Part shown: one piece after another, positions 45,655-57,271 of the stretch
Layout: the number at the start of each line of letters is the position of its first letter
How positions within the stretch are numbered: position 1 is the first letter of the stretch
DNA from: Hydrurus foetidus
Lineage: Eukaryota
Direction of reading: 5' to 3'
NCBI GenBank assembly: GCA_900617105.1
Contig: UYFQ01000006.1
Location: forward strand, 558,001 to 622,000
Length of the DNA stretch: 64,000 nucleotides
Made by a program: the position numbers and the translations under genes
The notes under the pieces: model-generated
What the model was told of the DNA's origin: nothing
Seen by the model: the letters and a program-made list of their open reading frames with translations, nothing else
Databases searched by the model: none

Positions 45655-46209
45655 TTATTTGGGCAACAACACCTTGTCCACCACATGAATCACACCATTC
45701 GACTGGTACACGTCCGCAATCGTGACTTTAGCGGAGCCGCCTTTTTCGTCGGTAATCATCACGCCACCGTTGGCTGCTGTGGCGATCAAGGTGCCACCGG
45801 CCACCGTCTTGAGCATGGCTTTGCCGTTGCCCTCCATCACGGCTTTGCTCAGGGCTGCTGCGTCCATCTTGCCCGACACCACATGGTAGGTCAGGATGCC
45901 CGTCAACATGCCTTTGTTTTCAGGCTTGAGAAGCGTGTCCACCGTACCTGCCGGCAGTGCGGCAAACGCACTGTTGACGGGGGCGAATACCGTGAACGGG
46001 CCAGCGCTCTTCAGCGTATCGACCAAGCCCGCAGCCTTTACCGCAGCAACCAACGTGGTGTGGTCTTTGGAGTTGACGGCGTTGTCGATGATGTCTTTGC
46101 TGGCGAACATCGATGCGCCGCCAACGGTGACTTGTGCAAAGGCGGACGCTGCGCCCACGGCCATCATCACAGCCAGACCCAGAGAAGCTAATTTGTGTTT
46201 CGTTTGCAT
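45655..46209 (-). CDS. Fasciclin (FAS1) domain protein
   Basis: TLVAAVKAAGLV.TL...GPFTVFAP.N.AF, LTYHVV, SNGVIHVVD.VL. Confidence 0.95.
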   Translation of the reverse strand: MQTKHKLASLGLAVMMAVGAASAFAQVTVGGASMFASKDIIDNAVNSKDHTTLVAAVKAAGLVDTLKSAGPFTVFAPVNSAFAALPAGTVDTLLKPENKGMLTGILTYHVVSGKMDAAALSKAVMEGNGKAMLKTVAGGTLIATAANGGVMITDEKGGSAKVTIADVYQSNGVIHVVDKVLLPK

Positions 46210-46278
46210 GGTGATTTCCCAAAAATTGCAGGTTTTTCAAAAGCCGAAATCAGGATGGATTCAAGCGGCTGTTATGAA

Positions 46279-46305
46279 TACGCCCCCCATGCCCGACTGG
46301 ATTCA
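46279..46305 (-). promoter_or_regulatory. Candidate ECF sigma promoter for the fasciclin gene
   Basis: Minus strand TGAATCC-N16-CGTA, 70 bp upstream of the ATG. Confidence 0.5.
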
Positions 46306-46358
46306 GCCTGTATGCAAAATTTTTCAATGTTCGGGAACAACCTGTTTTTGAAACTTGC

Positions 46359-47183
46359 CTACTGGCCCTGAAAAACAGCTGGGCGTTTGGTGAAAAAGGC
46401 GTCCAGCGCTTCTTTGAAATCAGCCGTCTGCGTGCTGGCTTTGAAGTTATCGCGTTCAGCGTCAAGTTGGGTGGGCAGATCGGTTTCAAACGACTGGCGC
46501 ATCAAGCGCTTTAAGCAGCCGTAGGCCAAGGTCGGCCCTTGGGCCAGCCGCTGCGCCAGAGCTTGGGTAACGGCTTGCAGTTGGTCGGCGGGTACCACAC
46601 GGTTCACCAACCCTAGGCGCAAGGCTTCTGTGGCATCAAAGGTGTCGCACAGCAGCGCAATCTGCATGGCTTGGCGCAGGCCCACCAGACGCGGCAGACT
46701 CCATGAGCCTGACACATCGCAACTGGCGGCCACGTTGGCATAGGCCAAGTTAAAGCGGGTGCCAACCGCCGCAATGGCCAAATCGCACGCCATAGACAGG
46801 CTCAAACTTCCGCCAGCCACCACGCCATGCAGGCTAGCGATAACAGGGGCGTTGAGCGCAGCCAACAACAGCACCGCTTCGTGCAAGGGGCCAATCAAGG
46901 CTTGCGCGGTGGCGGTCGAATCGTGCTGCAACGCCGCCAAATCACCCCCCACGCCAAAGGCACGGCCCTCCCCACGCAAGATGACGACCCGCACCAAAGG
47001 GTCGCGGGCCAGAGATTGGCAAGCCGTCAAAAAGGCCTCAGCGGTGGGCACGTCCAGCGCGTTCATCGCCGAGGGGCGATTGAAACTCAGCGTAACGATG
47101 CCCCCGTCACGGGTCACGGTCAAAGGGGCGGGCGAAATGGAAGGAAATTCGGTGAGAGGGGTGACAGAAGACGAAGCATTCAT
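46359..47183 (-). CDS. Enoyl-CoA hydratase/isomerase family
   Basis: NRP..MNAL, F..GGDL, PVIA...G..AGG, A.EA...GLVN.VV. Confidence 0.92.
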   Translation of the reverse strand: MNASSSVTPLTEFPSISPAPLTVTRDGGIVTLSFNRPSAMNALDVPTAEAFLTACQSLARDPLVRVVILRGEGRAFGVGGDLAALQHDSTATAQALIGPLHEAVLLLAALNAPVIASLHGVVAGGSLSLSMACDLAIAAVGTRFNLAYANVAASCDVSGSWSLPRLVGLRQAMQIALLCDTFDATEALRLGLVNRVVPADQLQAVTQALAQRLAQGPTLAYGCLKRLMRQSFETDLPTQLDAERDNFKASTQTADFKEALDAFFTKRPAVFQGQ

Positions 47184-47257
47184 GGCGTACCTTGAAAGAG
47201 TGGACTGTTGGGTGTTGGAATGTCTGAAAACCAGCGCAAGGGGATGAGCACAAAAAA

Positions 47258-48112
47258 TTACACGTAGAGCCGGTGTGGGTTGACCGTCAGCACAGCCTGC
47301 ACCACCGCAGCCATGTCAGGCACATCGGCCAGCACATCGCCCAAGGCTTGGTACAACGCAGGATACCGCGCCCACTGCTCAGCGTTGGTACACGGCCAAT
47401 CACTGCCCCACAGCAACTGCGCTGGCCCCAGCACGTCCAGCCAGAGCTGCGCCATCGCTTTGGCGCCCACCGCGCCCAAACGGTAATGGCCGCTGAGCTT
47501 GACAAACACGCTACGCCCTTGCTGCACCAGCGTGCGCAGTAGCAGCACCGTTGCGTCCTGCGGATGGGCTGCCAGAGGCTTGGCAAAGTGGTCTAACACC
47601 AACGGCAGGCCCGGCGGCAAATGAGGCAACAGCTGCGCCATCACCGCAGGCAGCGCACCCGAATCCGTGTGCAATTGCAAATGCCAGCCAAGGCGTAACA
47701 GGCTGCGCCACAACGCAGGCACCGCGCACCAAGGCGCAACATCATGGCTTTGCCCGGCCAAATTCAACCGGATACCCCGCACGCCTTGGCGGTGCATCTG
47801 AAGGAGTGACTCATCGCTCGTTTGCGGCTCTACCACCACCAAACCACGCAGGGCAGAGTTAGCCGCCAATGCCGACAGCAGCAAGCGGTTATCAACCCCT
47901 AAAAAGCTGGGCTGGATCAACACCCCACGCCGTACACCCTGTGGCTTTGCTGCAGCGGCCCAATCGGCCAAATCGGCGGTGTAGCCAGGCTGGTAGCGGG
48001 CACCGGGCACCGATTGATGTTCTGCAAAGATGTGAAAGTGCGCATCCACAGGCACGCCAGACTGGCTGGCAAAGGAAGCAGAAAGCCCGGCCACAGCAGG
48101 CGCATCCACCAT
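47258..48112 (-). CDS. Amidohydrolase_2 family (LigI/PDC-lactonase-like)
   Basis: VDAHFH, IQPSFLG.DN, GVRGIRLN, LDHF..P, VKLSG.YR, LWGSDWP. Start uncertain (48112 or 48142). Confidence 0.85.
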   Translation of the reverse strand: MVDAPAVAGLSASFASQSGVPVDAHFHIFAEHQSVPGARYQPGYTADLADWAAAAKPQGVRRGVLIQPSFLGVDNRLLLSALAANSALRGLVVVEPQTSDESLLQMHRQGVRGIRLNLAGQSHDVAPWCAVPALWRSLLRLGWHLQLHTDSGALPAVMAQLLPHLPPGLPLVLDHFAKPLAAHPQDATVLLLRTLVQQGRSVFVKLSGHYRLGAVGAKAMAQLWLDVLGPAQLLWGSDWPCTNAEQWARYPALYQALGDVLADVPDMAAVVQAVLTVNPHRLYV

Positions 48113-48176
48113 GAAATTAGATGTTAATTTATTTGAATTCATTGTCAACAGTGTTATCTTATTGACTTATATTCTA

Positions 48177-48190
48177 GTCATCTAGAAGAC
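48177..48190. promoter_or_regulatory. Near-palindrome in the divergent promoter, probable GntR/HutC operator
   Basis: GTCATCTAGAAGAC (6/7 inverted). Confidence 0.45.
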
Positions 48191-48209
48191 CAAACAAACA
48201 TAACATTCA

Positions 48210-49001
48210 ATGACAGTTAAAACACGCTCAAACCCTCAAAACGCCCTACCCCATTTTGAGGCAAACACCCCCTTGATGCAGCCCAAAATAGAGGGGCAAA
48301 GCCGCTATGGCTGGCTGGCGGCCATGCTGAGAGCCCGAATCACGCAGGGCGAATGGGTGCCTGGAAGTGCTTTGCCTGCGGAATCGGCGCTGGCAAAGCA
48401 GCTGGGTGTGGCCCTGGGCACGATGCGCCAGTCGATTGCGGTTTTGGTGGCTGAAGGCTTGCTGGAACGCCAGCATGGACGGGGTACGTTTGTAAAGGCC
48501 GGTCTGGGTGGAGCCTCCATGCTGCGCTTCTTTCGGTTTCGCCAAGGGGGTGACTTGGCGGCCATACCGGCCTCGCACATCCTTAAACGCAGCTATGTGA
48601 GTGCCAATGCAGCTACCGCAGAGGCTTTGGGTATCGCGGTGGGCACGCTGGTGCTGTCACTGCTGCGTGTGCGCAGCTTAGGCGGTGAGCCTTGCTTGCT
48701 GGAGCAACTTTGGCTGCCCTTGCCCACCTTTGAGCCGCTGGCAGCGTCGGACACCTCCGAATGGGACGACCTGCTCTACCCCCTGTACCAGCGCGTTTGC
48801 GGCGTGACCGTCCACCGTGCGGAAGACACCCTGCGCTTTGATGTACTGAACGCCACCCAAGCGCGTCACCTGGGTTTAGTCCCCGCCGCACCTTGCGTGC
48901 GCGTAGAGCGCCGCGCCTTTAACATGGCGGGCCAGTGCATAGAGCGCCGCTGCACTTGGGGCGATGCCCATGCGTTTAACTACACCTTGAACATCCATTG
49001 A
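48210..49001 (+). CDS. GntR family regulator, HutC/UTRA type
   Basis: W.PG..LP.E..LA...GV..GT.R.....L..EGL..R..GRGTFV plus UTRA domain. Confidence 0.9.
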   Translation: MTVKTRSNPQNALPHFEANTPLMQPKIEGQSRYGWLAAMLRARITQGEWVPGSALPAESALAKQLGVALGTMRQSIAVLVAEGLLERQHGRGTFVKAGLGGASMLRFFRFRQGGDLAAIPASHILKRSYVSANAATAEALGIAVGTLVLSLLRVRSLGGEPCLLEQLWLPLPTFEPLAASDTSEWDDLLYPLYQRVCGVTVHRAEDTLRFDVLNATQARHLGLVPAAPCVRVERRAFNMAGQCIERRCTWGDAHAFNYTLNIH

Positions 49002-49009
49002 GGCCACCC

Positions 49010-50050
49010 ATGCTTTCTGCACTGCACTCACAGCCACCCCAACCAGCAGCCCAGCCCTTGCTGGCTCGCCGCCGCCTGCTGCAAGCCACAGGCGCCGCGC
49101 TGGTAGCCCCTTGGGTGAACACCTGCGCCGCAGAAGGTGCCGCACAAAGCATAGCGGACGGTCGCCCCATCACCTTGGTGGTGTCTTATCCGGCGGGTGG
49201 TGGCGCTGATTTGGTGGCCCGGATGATCGCGCCCAAACTGGCCGCTGCGCTGGGCCACAACGTGGTGGTGGACAACAGACCTGGTGCCAGCGGGCAACTG
49301 GCGGCCAGTCTGGTCGCCCGCGCCAAACCCGATGGCAGCACGCTGCTGCTCGATGCCTCTTCGTTCGCCGTCAACCCCTCGCTGTTCCCCAAACTGCCTT
49401 ATGACAGCGACACCGCCTTCACCCCATTGGGCATCGTGGCGCTGTTTCCTAACGTGCTGGTCTGCACCGCCAACTTTGAAGCCCACAACGTGAAAGACGT
49501 GATCCGCTTGGCCAAAGCCAAACCGAACCAACTGGCCTTTGCCTCGTCTGGCAACGGCTCAGCACAGCATTTGGCAGGCGTGCTGTTTGAGCAGCAAGCC
49601 GGTGTGGATTTGTTGCACATCCCTTACAAAGGAGGTGGCCCAGCAATGAACGATGTGATGGCTGGGCAAGTGCCTTTGTTCTTTGCCAATGTGGCCTCGT
49701 CTCTGGGTGCCATCCAGTCAGGCAAGCTGCGGGCGCTGGCCGTCACCAGCCGACGCCGTGCCCGCGCATTGCCCGATGTAGCCACGATGGAAGAGGCTGG
49801 CGTTCCGGGCTACGAGGTGAACGAATGGAACCCCATTTTGGCCCCCTCAGGGCTGCCCCCTGCCGTCAAAACCAAGCTCCAAGCAGCACTGCGCACCGCA
49901 CTGGCAGATGCCGAAGTGCTGGGCCGCATCCGCACCTTGAGTGGTGAAATGCTGCCCGACAGCTCAGATACCGCCATCAACGCGTACTTGCGAGCGCAAA
50001 AAGCCCAATGGGCGCGCTTGGTGCGTGACCGAAAAATCACGGTGGATTAA
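49010..50050 (+). CDS. Bug/TctC substrate-binding protein
   Basis: PITLVV.YPAGGG.D..AR, DNRPGASG, ASSGNGS..HL, HIPYKGGGPA. Confidence 0.92.
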   Translation: MLSALHSQPPQPAAQPLLARRRLLQATGAALVAPWVNTCAAEGAAQSIADGRPITLVVSYPAGGGADLVARMIAPKLAAALGHNVVVDNRPGASGQLAASLVARAKPDGSTLLLDASSFAVNPSLFPKLPYDSDTAFTPLGIVALFPNVLVCTANFEAHNVKDVIRLAKAKPNQLAFASSGNGSAQHLAGVLFEQQAGVDLLHIPYKGGGPAMNDVMAGQVPLFFANVASSLGAIQSGKLRALAVTSRRRARALPDVATMEEAGVPGYEVNEWNPILAPSGLPPAVKTKLQAALRTALADAEVLGRIRTLSGEMLPDSSDTAINAYLRAQKAQWARLVRDRKITVD

Positions 50051-50100
50051 CCGCCTGCCATACTGAACCTCAACCTGACGACCAACACACTGGACTCCGC

Positions 50101-51141
50101 ATGCCCCAACAGTTCTTCAATCACCCCGATCACCCCCTCAGCGCGAACACGCTGCGTCGCCGCCACTTCATCGCACAAGGTCTGGCAGCCGGCTTGCCGC
50201 TGTCTTTGCTCAGCGGCACCTCGCAGGCGCAAAGCACCTGGCCTTACAAACCGTTGCGTTTGGTCGTGCCGTTTGCCCCTGGTGGCAGCTCTGAAATCGT
50301 TGCCCGTGCGGTGGCCGGGGAGATGAGCAAAACCCTGGGTCAAAGCGTGTTTGTGGACAACAAGCCCGGTGGAGCGGGCAACATTGCCATGCAAGAAGTT
50401 TTGAATGCAGAAGATGGTCACACCATCGTCTTAGGCCATATCGGCACACTGGCGGTCAACCCCTACATATTCCCGAAACTGCCCTATGACGCAGCCAAGG
50501 ATTTCGTACCCGTCACCCTGTTGTCCAAAGTGCCCAGCCTGTACGTGGTGAACCCCAGCGTACCCGCGACCAACCTCAAAGAGTTCATCGCCTACGCTAA
50601 AAAGAACCCTGGCAAACTGAACTACGGCTCAGCAGGCAATGGCAGCGCCGGGCACCTCGCGTTTGAATACCTGAAGATGGCGTCAGACGTGTTCATGTTG
50701 CACGTCCCTTACCGGGGCACCGGCCCGATGCTGACCGATTTGCTGGCAGGGCGCTTGGATGCTGCCGCTGTGGGTGCTCCGGCACTGATGCAATTCATCA
50801 AAGCAGGTAAATTGCGCTGCATCGCCACCGGCACAGCGCAGCGCCTGCCGCATTTACCCGATGTACCCACAGTGGCTGAGCAAGGCTACAAAGGCTTTGA
50901 GATGACGCAGTGGTACGGCCTGCTGGCGCCCAGCAAATGGCCCAAAGCGAATGTGGCCAAACTGGAGACTGAGGCCATCAAAGCCACGCGCGGCGCATTG
51001 GTGACGGACAAACTGGCGGCTGATACCGCTCTGGCCGTGGGCAGCACGGGTGCGGAGTTTGAGGCGTTCATCAAGACTGAACAAGCCCGCTGGAAGCTGG
51101 TGATTGCGCGGGCGCAAATCAAGCCGGAAGGTTTGGGTTAA
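50101..51141 (+). CDS. Bug/TctC substrate-binding protein
   Basis: RRRHF Tat-like leader, WP.KP..LVVPFAPGG, YGSAGNGS.GHL, HVPYRGTGP. Confidence 0.92.
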   Translation: MPQQFFNHPDHPLSANTLRRRHFIAQGLAAGLPLSLLSGTSQAQSTWPYKPLRLVVPFAPGGSSEIVARAVAGEMSKTLGQSVFVDNKPGGAGNIAMQEVLNAEDGHTIVLGHIGTLAVNPYIFPKLPYDAAKDFVPVTLLSKVPSLYVVNPSVPATNLKEFIAYAKKNPGKLNYGSAGNGSAGHLAFEYLKMASDVFMLHVPYRGTGPMLTDLLAGRLDAAAVGAPALMQFIKAGKLRCIATGTAQRLPHLPDVPTVAEQGYKGFEMTQWYGLLAPSKWPKANVAKLETEAIKATRGALVTDKLAADTALAVGSTGAEFEAFIKTEQARWKLVIARAQIKPEGLG

Positions 51142-51448
51142 GCCGCTGCGGGTGTGGGAGAGCTCAAGTAGCCCGAAATATCCACCGCATCAATCTGCTC
51201 AGGGTTCATGAACTTCTGGGCGTATTGCGGGTAGATGCCTGAGCGTAAAAACAGCTCAAAAAAGCAGTGTCAATGTGCTGATCCTTCTTCAGACAAAGAC
51301 CTGTAAAGACTCGCTCAGGCCGCGTGACAGCGCGTTTATGTGGATTTGCAAAGGGATTGCACCCTGCACGCGCTTTTAAGGTAAAACCGGGTTCACAGAC
51401 ACCGGCTTGGGGCCTCACGTCTGATACCAGCGACACGCGCGATCCTCC

Positions 51449-52801
51449 ATGCCACAGCAAACCGCCTCGTTCTCCCGCAACCTTTGGCTTACCGCTGGTT
51501 TGCTGATCGCCTTGGGTCTGGCCTTTACGGTGTACACCTCACTGGAAAGAGCGGTAGACAACGCCAATGAACGCCGCCAGCAGTCCCTCTTTTTGGCCAA
51601 CGAGTTGCGCCAATCGTCGGACGACCTGACCCGCATGGCTCGCACCTACGTGGTCACAGGCGAGGCACGCTACAAGCAGCACTACCAAACCATTTTGGAC
51701 ATCCGCGAAGGTAAAACGCCACGCCCCCAGGATTACAACAACATCTACTGGGATTTGGTACTGACCGATGGCAAGCCCCCACGACCCAACGAAGGACAAG
51801 CCGTGGCGCTGCTGGAGCGGATGCGTCAATCTGGGTTTTCAGAGCCAGAGTTTGGCAAACTGGCCGAGGCCAAAGCCAACTCAGACGGCTTGACCAGCAC
51901 AGAATTTGAGGCCATGAAACTGATCGATACAGCAGAGCAAGGCACGACCCGTGAGGCACAGCATTCCCAGGCTCGCCTGATGATGCATGATCCCAAATAC
52001 CACGCGGCCAAAGCGGCCATCATGGCACCGATTGCACAATTCAACACGCTGGTAGAGGCGCGCACAAAAAACGAAGTAAGCGCCGCCAAACAAAACGCCA
52101 TCGCCTTGCTCGCTGTGTGCAGCGTGCTGGGCCTGGGCCTGTGCATCGCACTGTGGCGTACCAGCCAAGCACTGCGGGCTACCATGGGCGGATCGGTGGA
52201 CGATGTTTTTGCGCAGATTCGGCAAATCGGCATCGGCAATTTCCGCTCGACCATCACGATTGACAAAGGCAAAACCAACAGTGTGCTGGGCTGGTTGGCG
52301 CAAACTCAACACAAACTCAAAACAGCGGACGATGAGCACCGTCAAATGGCACAGGCACAGCAAGAACGCGAAGCCTTTATCACCCGCATCGTGGACACCA
52401 GCCCGATCTGCTTCACCTTGTCAGACCAAGACGGTAACTTGCGTTTGGCCAATCGGGCTTTTGCCGCTTACTACCATGTGGACGAGCAGGCTTACTTGAA
52501 GATGAACGTCAAGTCGGTCTACGTCAACGCACAAGACCCGATCAACCTGCTCGACACCTTGAAGCGCAATGGCACAGCCTTTAGCCCGGAAACACATTAC
52601 CGCCGACCGGATGGCAGCACCTTTTGGGCGAATGTCAGCCTGGCCACCCTTGTTCACAAAGGCGAAGAACTGGTGGCTGGCTGGCGGCTGGACATCACCG
52701 AGCAAAAGCACATTGCGCAGTCGCTCCTGGAAGCCAAAGAGCAGGCAGAAGTGGCGGCCCAGGCCAAATCTGATTTTCTGGCCAACATGAGCCATGAGAT
52801 T

Positions 52802-52832
<31 letters not shown>

Positions 52833-54637
52833 GCCACTTGGCCCTGAAAACAGACCTCAACCCCAAGCAACGTGATTACGTCAAAAAGATCGCGCAATCG
52901 AGCCAGCACCTGCTGGGCATCATCAATGACATTCTGGATTTTTCCAAAATCGACGCAGGCAAACTGACGGTAGAACGCGTGGAGTTTGAGTTGAGCCAGG
53001 TGCTCGATAACGTGGCTGATTTGATTCAAACCAAGACCGATGCCAAAGGCTTGGCATTGGTTTTCGACATGGCCAGCGATGTACCCGCGTGGCTGCTGGG
53101 CGACCCTTTGCGCCTGGGACAGGTGCTCGTCAACTACGCGAACAACGCCGTTAAATTCACCTCAGCAGGCGAGGTCAGTGTGCGCGTCCACAAGCTCTCA
53201 TCCACGGCAGCCGATGTGCTGCTGCGCTTTGAGGTGGCGGATTCGGGCATCGGACTCACACCAGATCAAATCAGCAAGCTGTTTCAGAGCTTCTCACAAG
53301 CCGATGCCTCCACCAGCCGCAAATACGGTGGTACGGGCTTGGGGCTGGCCATCGCCAAAAGTCTGGCTGGCTTGATGGGGGGCGAGGTGGGGGTAGAAAG
53401 CGTTTTCGGTGAAGGGGCCACCTTTTGGTTTACCGCCCAACTGGGTATCGGGCATTGCATCCAGCAGCCCCCAGAAAGAGATCGGCGCGAAGCTCTGGAA
53501 CAGCGCCTGCGCCACTTGCGAGGCCGACACATCTTGCTGGTGGAAGACAACGAGCTGAACCAGCAGGTGGCGGCGGAGCTGCTGGAAGACGCCGGGTTCA
53601 AGGTGGATGTGGCCGAAAACGGACAAATCGCGGTCAACCAAGTGCAGCAGCAGGCCTACGATCTGGTGCTGATGGACATGCAAATGCCCGTGATGGACGG
53701 CATCACCGCTACCCAAGCCATCCGTGCCCTGCCCCAGTTCCGCACCCTGCCCATCGTCGCCATGACCGCCAATGCCATGCAGCAAGACCGTGACCGCTGC
53801 ACCGCTGCGGGCATGGACGACTATGTGGCCAAACCCATAGAGCCAGACGCGCTGTGGGCGACGCTGCTTCGGTGGATTCCTGTGCAGTCCGGGCCTGCAC
53901 CCGAGGGCATACCCAACGCATCGGCACCACCACCAGCCCCGCTGCCCTTCAATATAGCGGGACTGGACACCCACGGTGCGCTACGCCGCGTAGCGGGCAA
54001 AAGTCACCTGTACCTCACTTTGCTGCGCAAATTCATGGACGGGGAAACGGCGATGGTCGAATCCCTCACCAGCGCCTTCACCCAACACCAATGGGCACTG
54101 GCCGAGCGCTTGGCCCACACCCTCAAAGGCAGCGCGGGCAACTTAGGGGCCAACGCGGTGGCCGACTGTGCAGGAGCCTTGGAGGCCACATTGCGCCAAA
54201 GTGCGCTGCACGCCGAATTGACCGATGGCAGCACCCCTGAGCTGACCACGCTGCTGACCCAAACCTTTGACACGGTGGCGACACTGGTCGCCGCACTCAA
54301 GGCGCAATGGCCTGCAGAGGAGGCACAGTCTACCGATCATTTGCGTAAATCCAAGGCAACCACCTCAACGCCTCTAGAAGACCAAGAGACAGTTGCCAGA
54401 AAAAATGACCACCGCACAGCCCAGGTTCTCACCACTCTGGCGCAGCTGCTGGCCGACAGCGATCCCGATGCCACAGAGGTGCTGGAGCAAGTCCAGCCAC
54501 TGCTGAGCGTCGCCTTGGGGCGCAACCATGCCGCCTTTGCCCAAGCGGTGATTGACTATGATTTTGAACGTGCCTTAGCACTTCTCACGCCATTTTTGTC
54601 TCAACCCAACCCAACAGCAAAGCCCACAGGGCATTAG
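51449..54637 (+). CDS. Hybrid sensor kinase (periplasmic domain, PAS, HisKA, HATPase, REC, Hpt)
   Basis: [58 protein letters not shown]. Confidence 0.93.
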
Positions 54638-54643
54638 TTCGGC

Positions 54644-57265
54644 TCAATTGTTCAACTGTTTGAGCAGGCGCAGGGCTTCATCAAACTGAAAATCGTCCAC
54701 AGCCACCTGGAGCTGCTCGATGCGCGCGGGAAACGCCGATTTCAGCAGCGCTGTATGCTGCGTCAGATAGGCCAACGATTCCGCATCATCATCTTCCAGC
54801 AACAGCGTTAACACATTGCACACGGTATGCAGTTTCACAGGGTCTGCTGCAGGATCGACACCCACCTCGGGTACGGACATAACAGCGCCCAGCAGATGGG
54901 TTTGCACCTGGCCAATCAGCGCCATGAGCGGCACGACCATCGCCGCCACCAAGGGCTGTACTTGCGTCAGCGGTTGGCGTGTCCGCAGAGCATCTTCCAA
55001 CTGAGCGGCACAGCGTTGCACGTCGGTCGCACCCAAGCTGCCTGACACACTTTTGCAGGTGTGCGCCAAGCGTTCGGCGCTGGCCATGTCGCCGTGCGCC
55101 AATGCGGCTTGCAACTGAGACGGCGTGTCTTTTTGGTTGCGCACAAAGAGTTGCAGCATGTGACGGTAAACCTGCGGCTTGCCCCCCACGCGCAGTAGGC
55201 CTTGCGCCATGTCCAAACCAGGGATGCCCCCCGGTAGTACCACGTCCACGGCATCACCACGATTACGATCATCACCACCCTCGACAATTTGGTCCATGTC
55301 GCGCAGGGGCTCGCTGGCCGGTGTACGCTTTGGCGCTGGCACCCAACGCACCAAGGCCGCCCACAGCGCTTCAGGCGCAATCGGCTTGGTCACGACACCC
55401 CACATACCCGCCTCCAAGCACGCCTCTTTGTCTTGCTGCATGGCGTTGGCCGTCATGGCGATGATGGGCAGCTCGGCAAACTGGGGCAAGGTACGGATGG
55501 CACGGGTGGTCGTCACGCCGTCCATCACCGGCATTTGCATGTCCATCAGCACCACGTCGTAGTCGGCTTGCTGTATTTTTTGCAAGGCAATCAAGCCGTT
55601 TTCAGCCGTTTCAACCACCAAACCTACGGACGTGAGCAGCTCGGTGGCCAGGTACTGGTTGAATTCGTTGTCATCCACCAGCAGCACCCGCGCCCCGTGA
55701 AGCCCGGCCAGCGCGGCGGCTTGCAGGGCGTGGTCGGTGCCAATGGGGTCTGGGTTCGTGCTGGCATCCACCGGCACGCCCACTCCCAGCGTCGCCGTTA
55801 ACCAAAAGCGGCTGCCCACCCCCGGCTCGCTGTCAACACCGACCGCGCCACCCATGAGCTCGGCCAGTTTTTTGGAAATCGACAGACCTAAGCCAGTGCC
55901 ACCGTATTTGCGGGTGATGGAGCTGTCGGCCTGCTGAAAGCTCTGGAACAGCTGTGCCATTTGTGCAGAGGTGAGGCCAATGCCGGTGTCTTGCACCGCA
56001 AAGTACAGGTGAACCGCGTCACCTGCATCAGACAGTTCACCCTGGGTTCGCACCAGCACAGTGACAGCACCTTGTTCGGTGAATTTCACGGCGTTGTTGG
56101 CAAAATTAATCATGATTTGCCCCAGGCGTAAAGGGTCGCCCACGAGGCGATGGGGCACATCACTGGCAACGTCAATTACAAATTCAAGCCCTTTGGATGT
56201 GGCCTTTTCCGCAACCAAATTCGAGACCGTGGACAGCAGCGTTTCTAACTCAAACGGCACGGCTTCCACCAGCAATTTGCCCGCCTCAATCTTTGAAAAA
56301 TCTAAAATATCGTTGATAAGCCCCAGCAGGTGATTGCCCGAGAGTCTCACCCGTTCCATGTACTCGCGCTGACGGGGGTTCTGGTCGGTCTTGAGCGCCA
56401 ACTGCGACAGCCCGATGATGGTGTTCATCGGCGTGCGGATTTCATGGCTCATGTTCGCTAAAAAGGCCGACTTGGCAATCGAGGCTTCTTCAGCCAGCGA
56501 TTTGCTGTGCTCGATTTGTGCCGTCATCTCTAGCTGTTGAGCATAGGCCAAGCGCAGCGCAGCCTCGGTACGGTCGCTACGCGCCAAATCTTCGCTGAGG
56601 CGGTTGGCAATCAGCGTAAAACTGTGGCTCACCTCACCAAATTCGTCTTTTTGTGCTGCGGGCAAACGAAGTTTGACGCTGGCATCCTGGTGGCTTGCAG
56701 CGAGCGTTAAAGCCTGCTTCAAGGCATCAATAGGTCTGAGCACCAGATGAAGCAAGGCCATCGACAAGGTGACAACCAACAGCGCCACCAGCACCAAAAT
56801 CTCAGTCACACGCAACCAGACCAACTGGCGCAGCGCGGTGTCAATGGTGTCATGCGTCGTGACCACCGTCACCACGCCTAAAGGCAGCAAAGCACCATCG
56901 TGCAAGATGCTCAAAGGGAACTCCAGCGTGTCTTGCAAAGCTGGGTTTCGCCCCACATCAGGGGCCCAGGCACTGGCAAAGGCATTGCTTGCAGGGTCTT
57001 CGCGCACCACAATACTGAGTACCGGAGGGCTGATTTCAGCCTCTAAATTTCGGTTCAGCGTCGTTTTGTCCAAGCGCCACATGGGTGACGCCAAATTAAT
57101 CTCCAACCGCTGACGCAAGCTGTTGCGCGTGGCCTCGTACCCGGCCAACAACTGGGCACGGCTTTCGGTATAGGAATGCACACCAAACACACCCAACAGC
57201 ACCGACACCAACACGGCGAACAGCAGGTTGAGCCGAAACCGGATGCTGTGACGGTTCACACCCAA
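54644..57265 (-). CDS. Hybrid sensor kinase (periplasmic domain, HAMP, HisKA, HATPase, REC, Hpt)
   Basis: [44 protein letters not shown]. Start TTG 57265 or GTG 57259. Confidence 0.92.
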   Translation of the reverse strand: MGVNRHSIRFRLNLLFAVLVSVLLGVFGVHSYTESRAQLLAGYEATRNSLRQRLEINLASPMWRLDKTTLNRNLEAEISPPVLSIVVREDPASNAFASAWAPDVGRNPALQDTLEFPLSILHDGALLPLGVVTVVTTHDTIDTALRQLVWLRVTEILVLVALLVVTLSMALLHLVLRPIDALKQALTLAASHQDASVKLRLPAAQKDEFGEVSHSFTLIANRLSEDLARSDRTEAALRLAYAQQLEMTAQIEHSKSLAEEASIAKSAFLANMSHEIRTPMNTIIGLSQLALKTDQNPRQREYMERVRLSGNHLLGLINDILDFSKIEAGKLLVEAVPFELETLLSTVSNLVAEKATSKGLEFVIDVASDVPHRLVGDPLRLGQIMINFANNAVKFTEQGAVTVLVRTQGELSDAGDAVHLYFAVQDTGIGLTSAQMAQLFQSFQQADSSITRKYGGTGLGLSISKKLAELMGGAVGVDSEPGVGSRFWLTATLGVGVPVDASTNPDPIGTDHALQAAALAGLHGARVLLVDDNEFNQYLATELLTSVGLVVETAENGLIALQKIQQADYDVVLMDMQMPVMDGVTTTRAIRTLPQFAELPIIAMTANAMQQDKEACLEAGMWGVVTKPIAPEALWAALVRWVPAPKRTPASEPLRDMDQIVEGGDDRNRGDAVDVVLPGGIPGLDMAQGLLRVGGKPQVYRHMLQLFVRNQKDTPSQLQAALAHGDMASAERLAHTCKSVSGSLGATDVQRCAAQLEDALRTRQPLTQVQPLVAAMVVPLMALIGQVQTHLLGAVMSVPEVGVDPAADPVKLHTVCNVLTLLLEDDDAESLAYLTQHTALLKSAFPARIEQLQVAVDDFQFDEALRLLKQLNN

Positions 57266-57271
57266 CCCGCC

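Noticed and set aside
51190..51448. Possible riboswitch upstream of the hybrid kinase
   Set aside because: Some short stems are present (AGCGCGT/ACGCGCT) but no recognisable aptamer consensus such as c-di-GMP-I.
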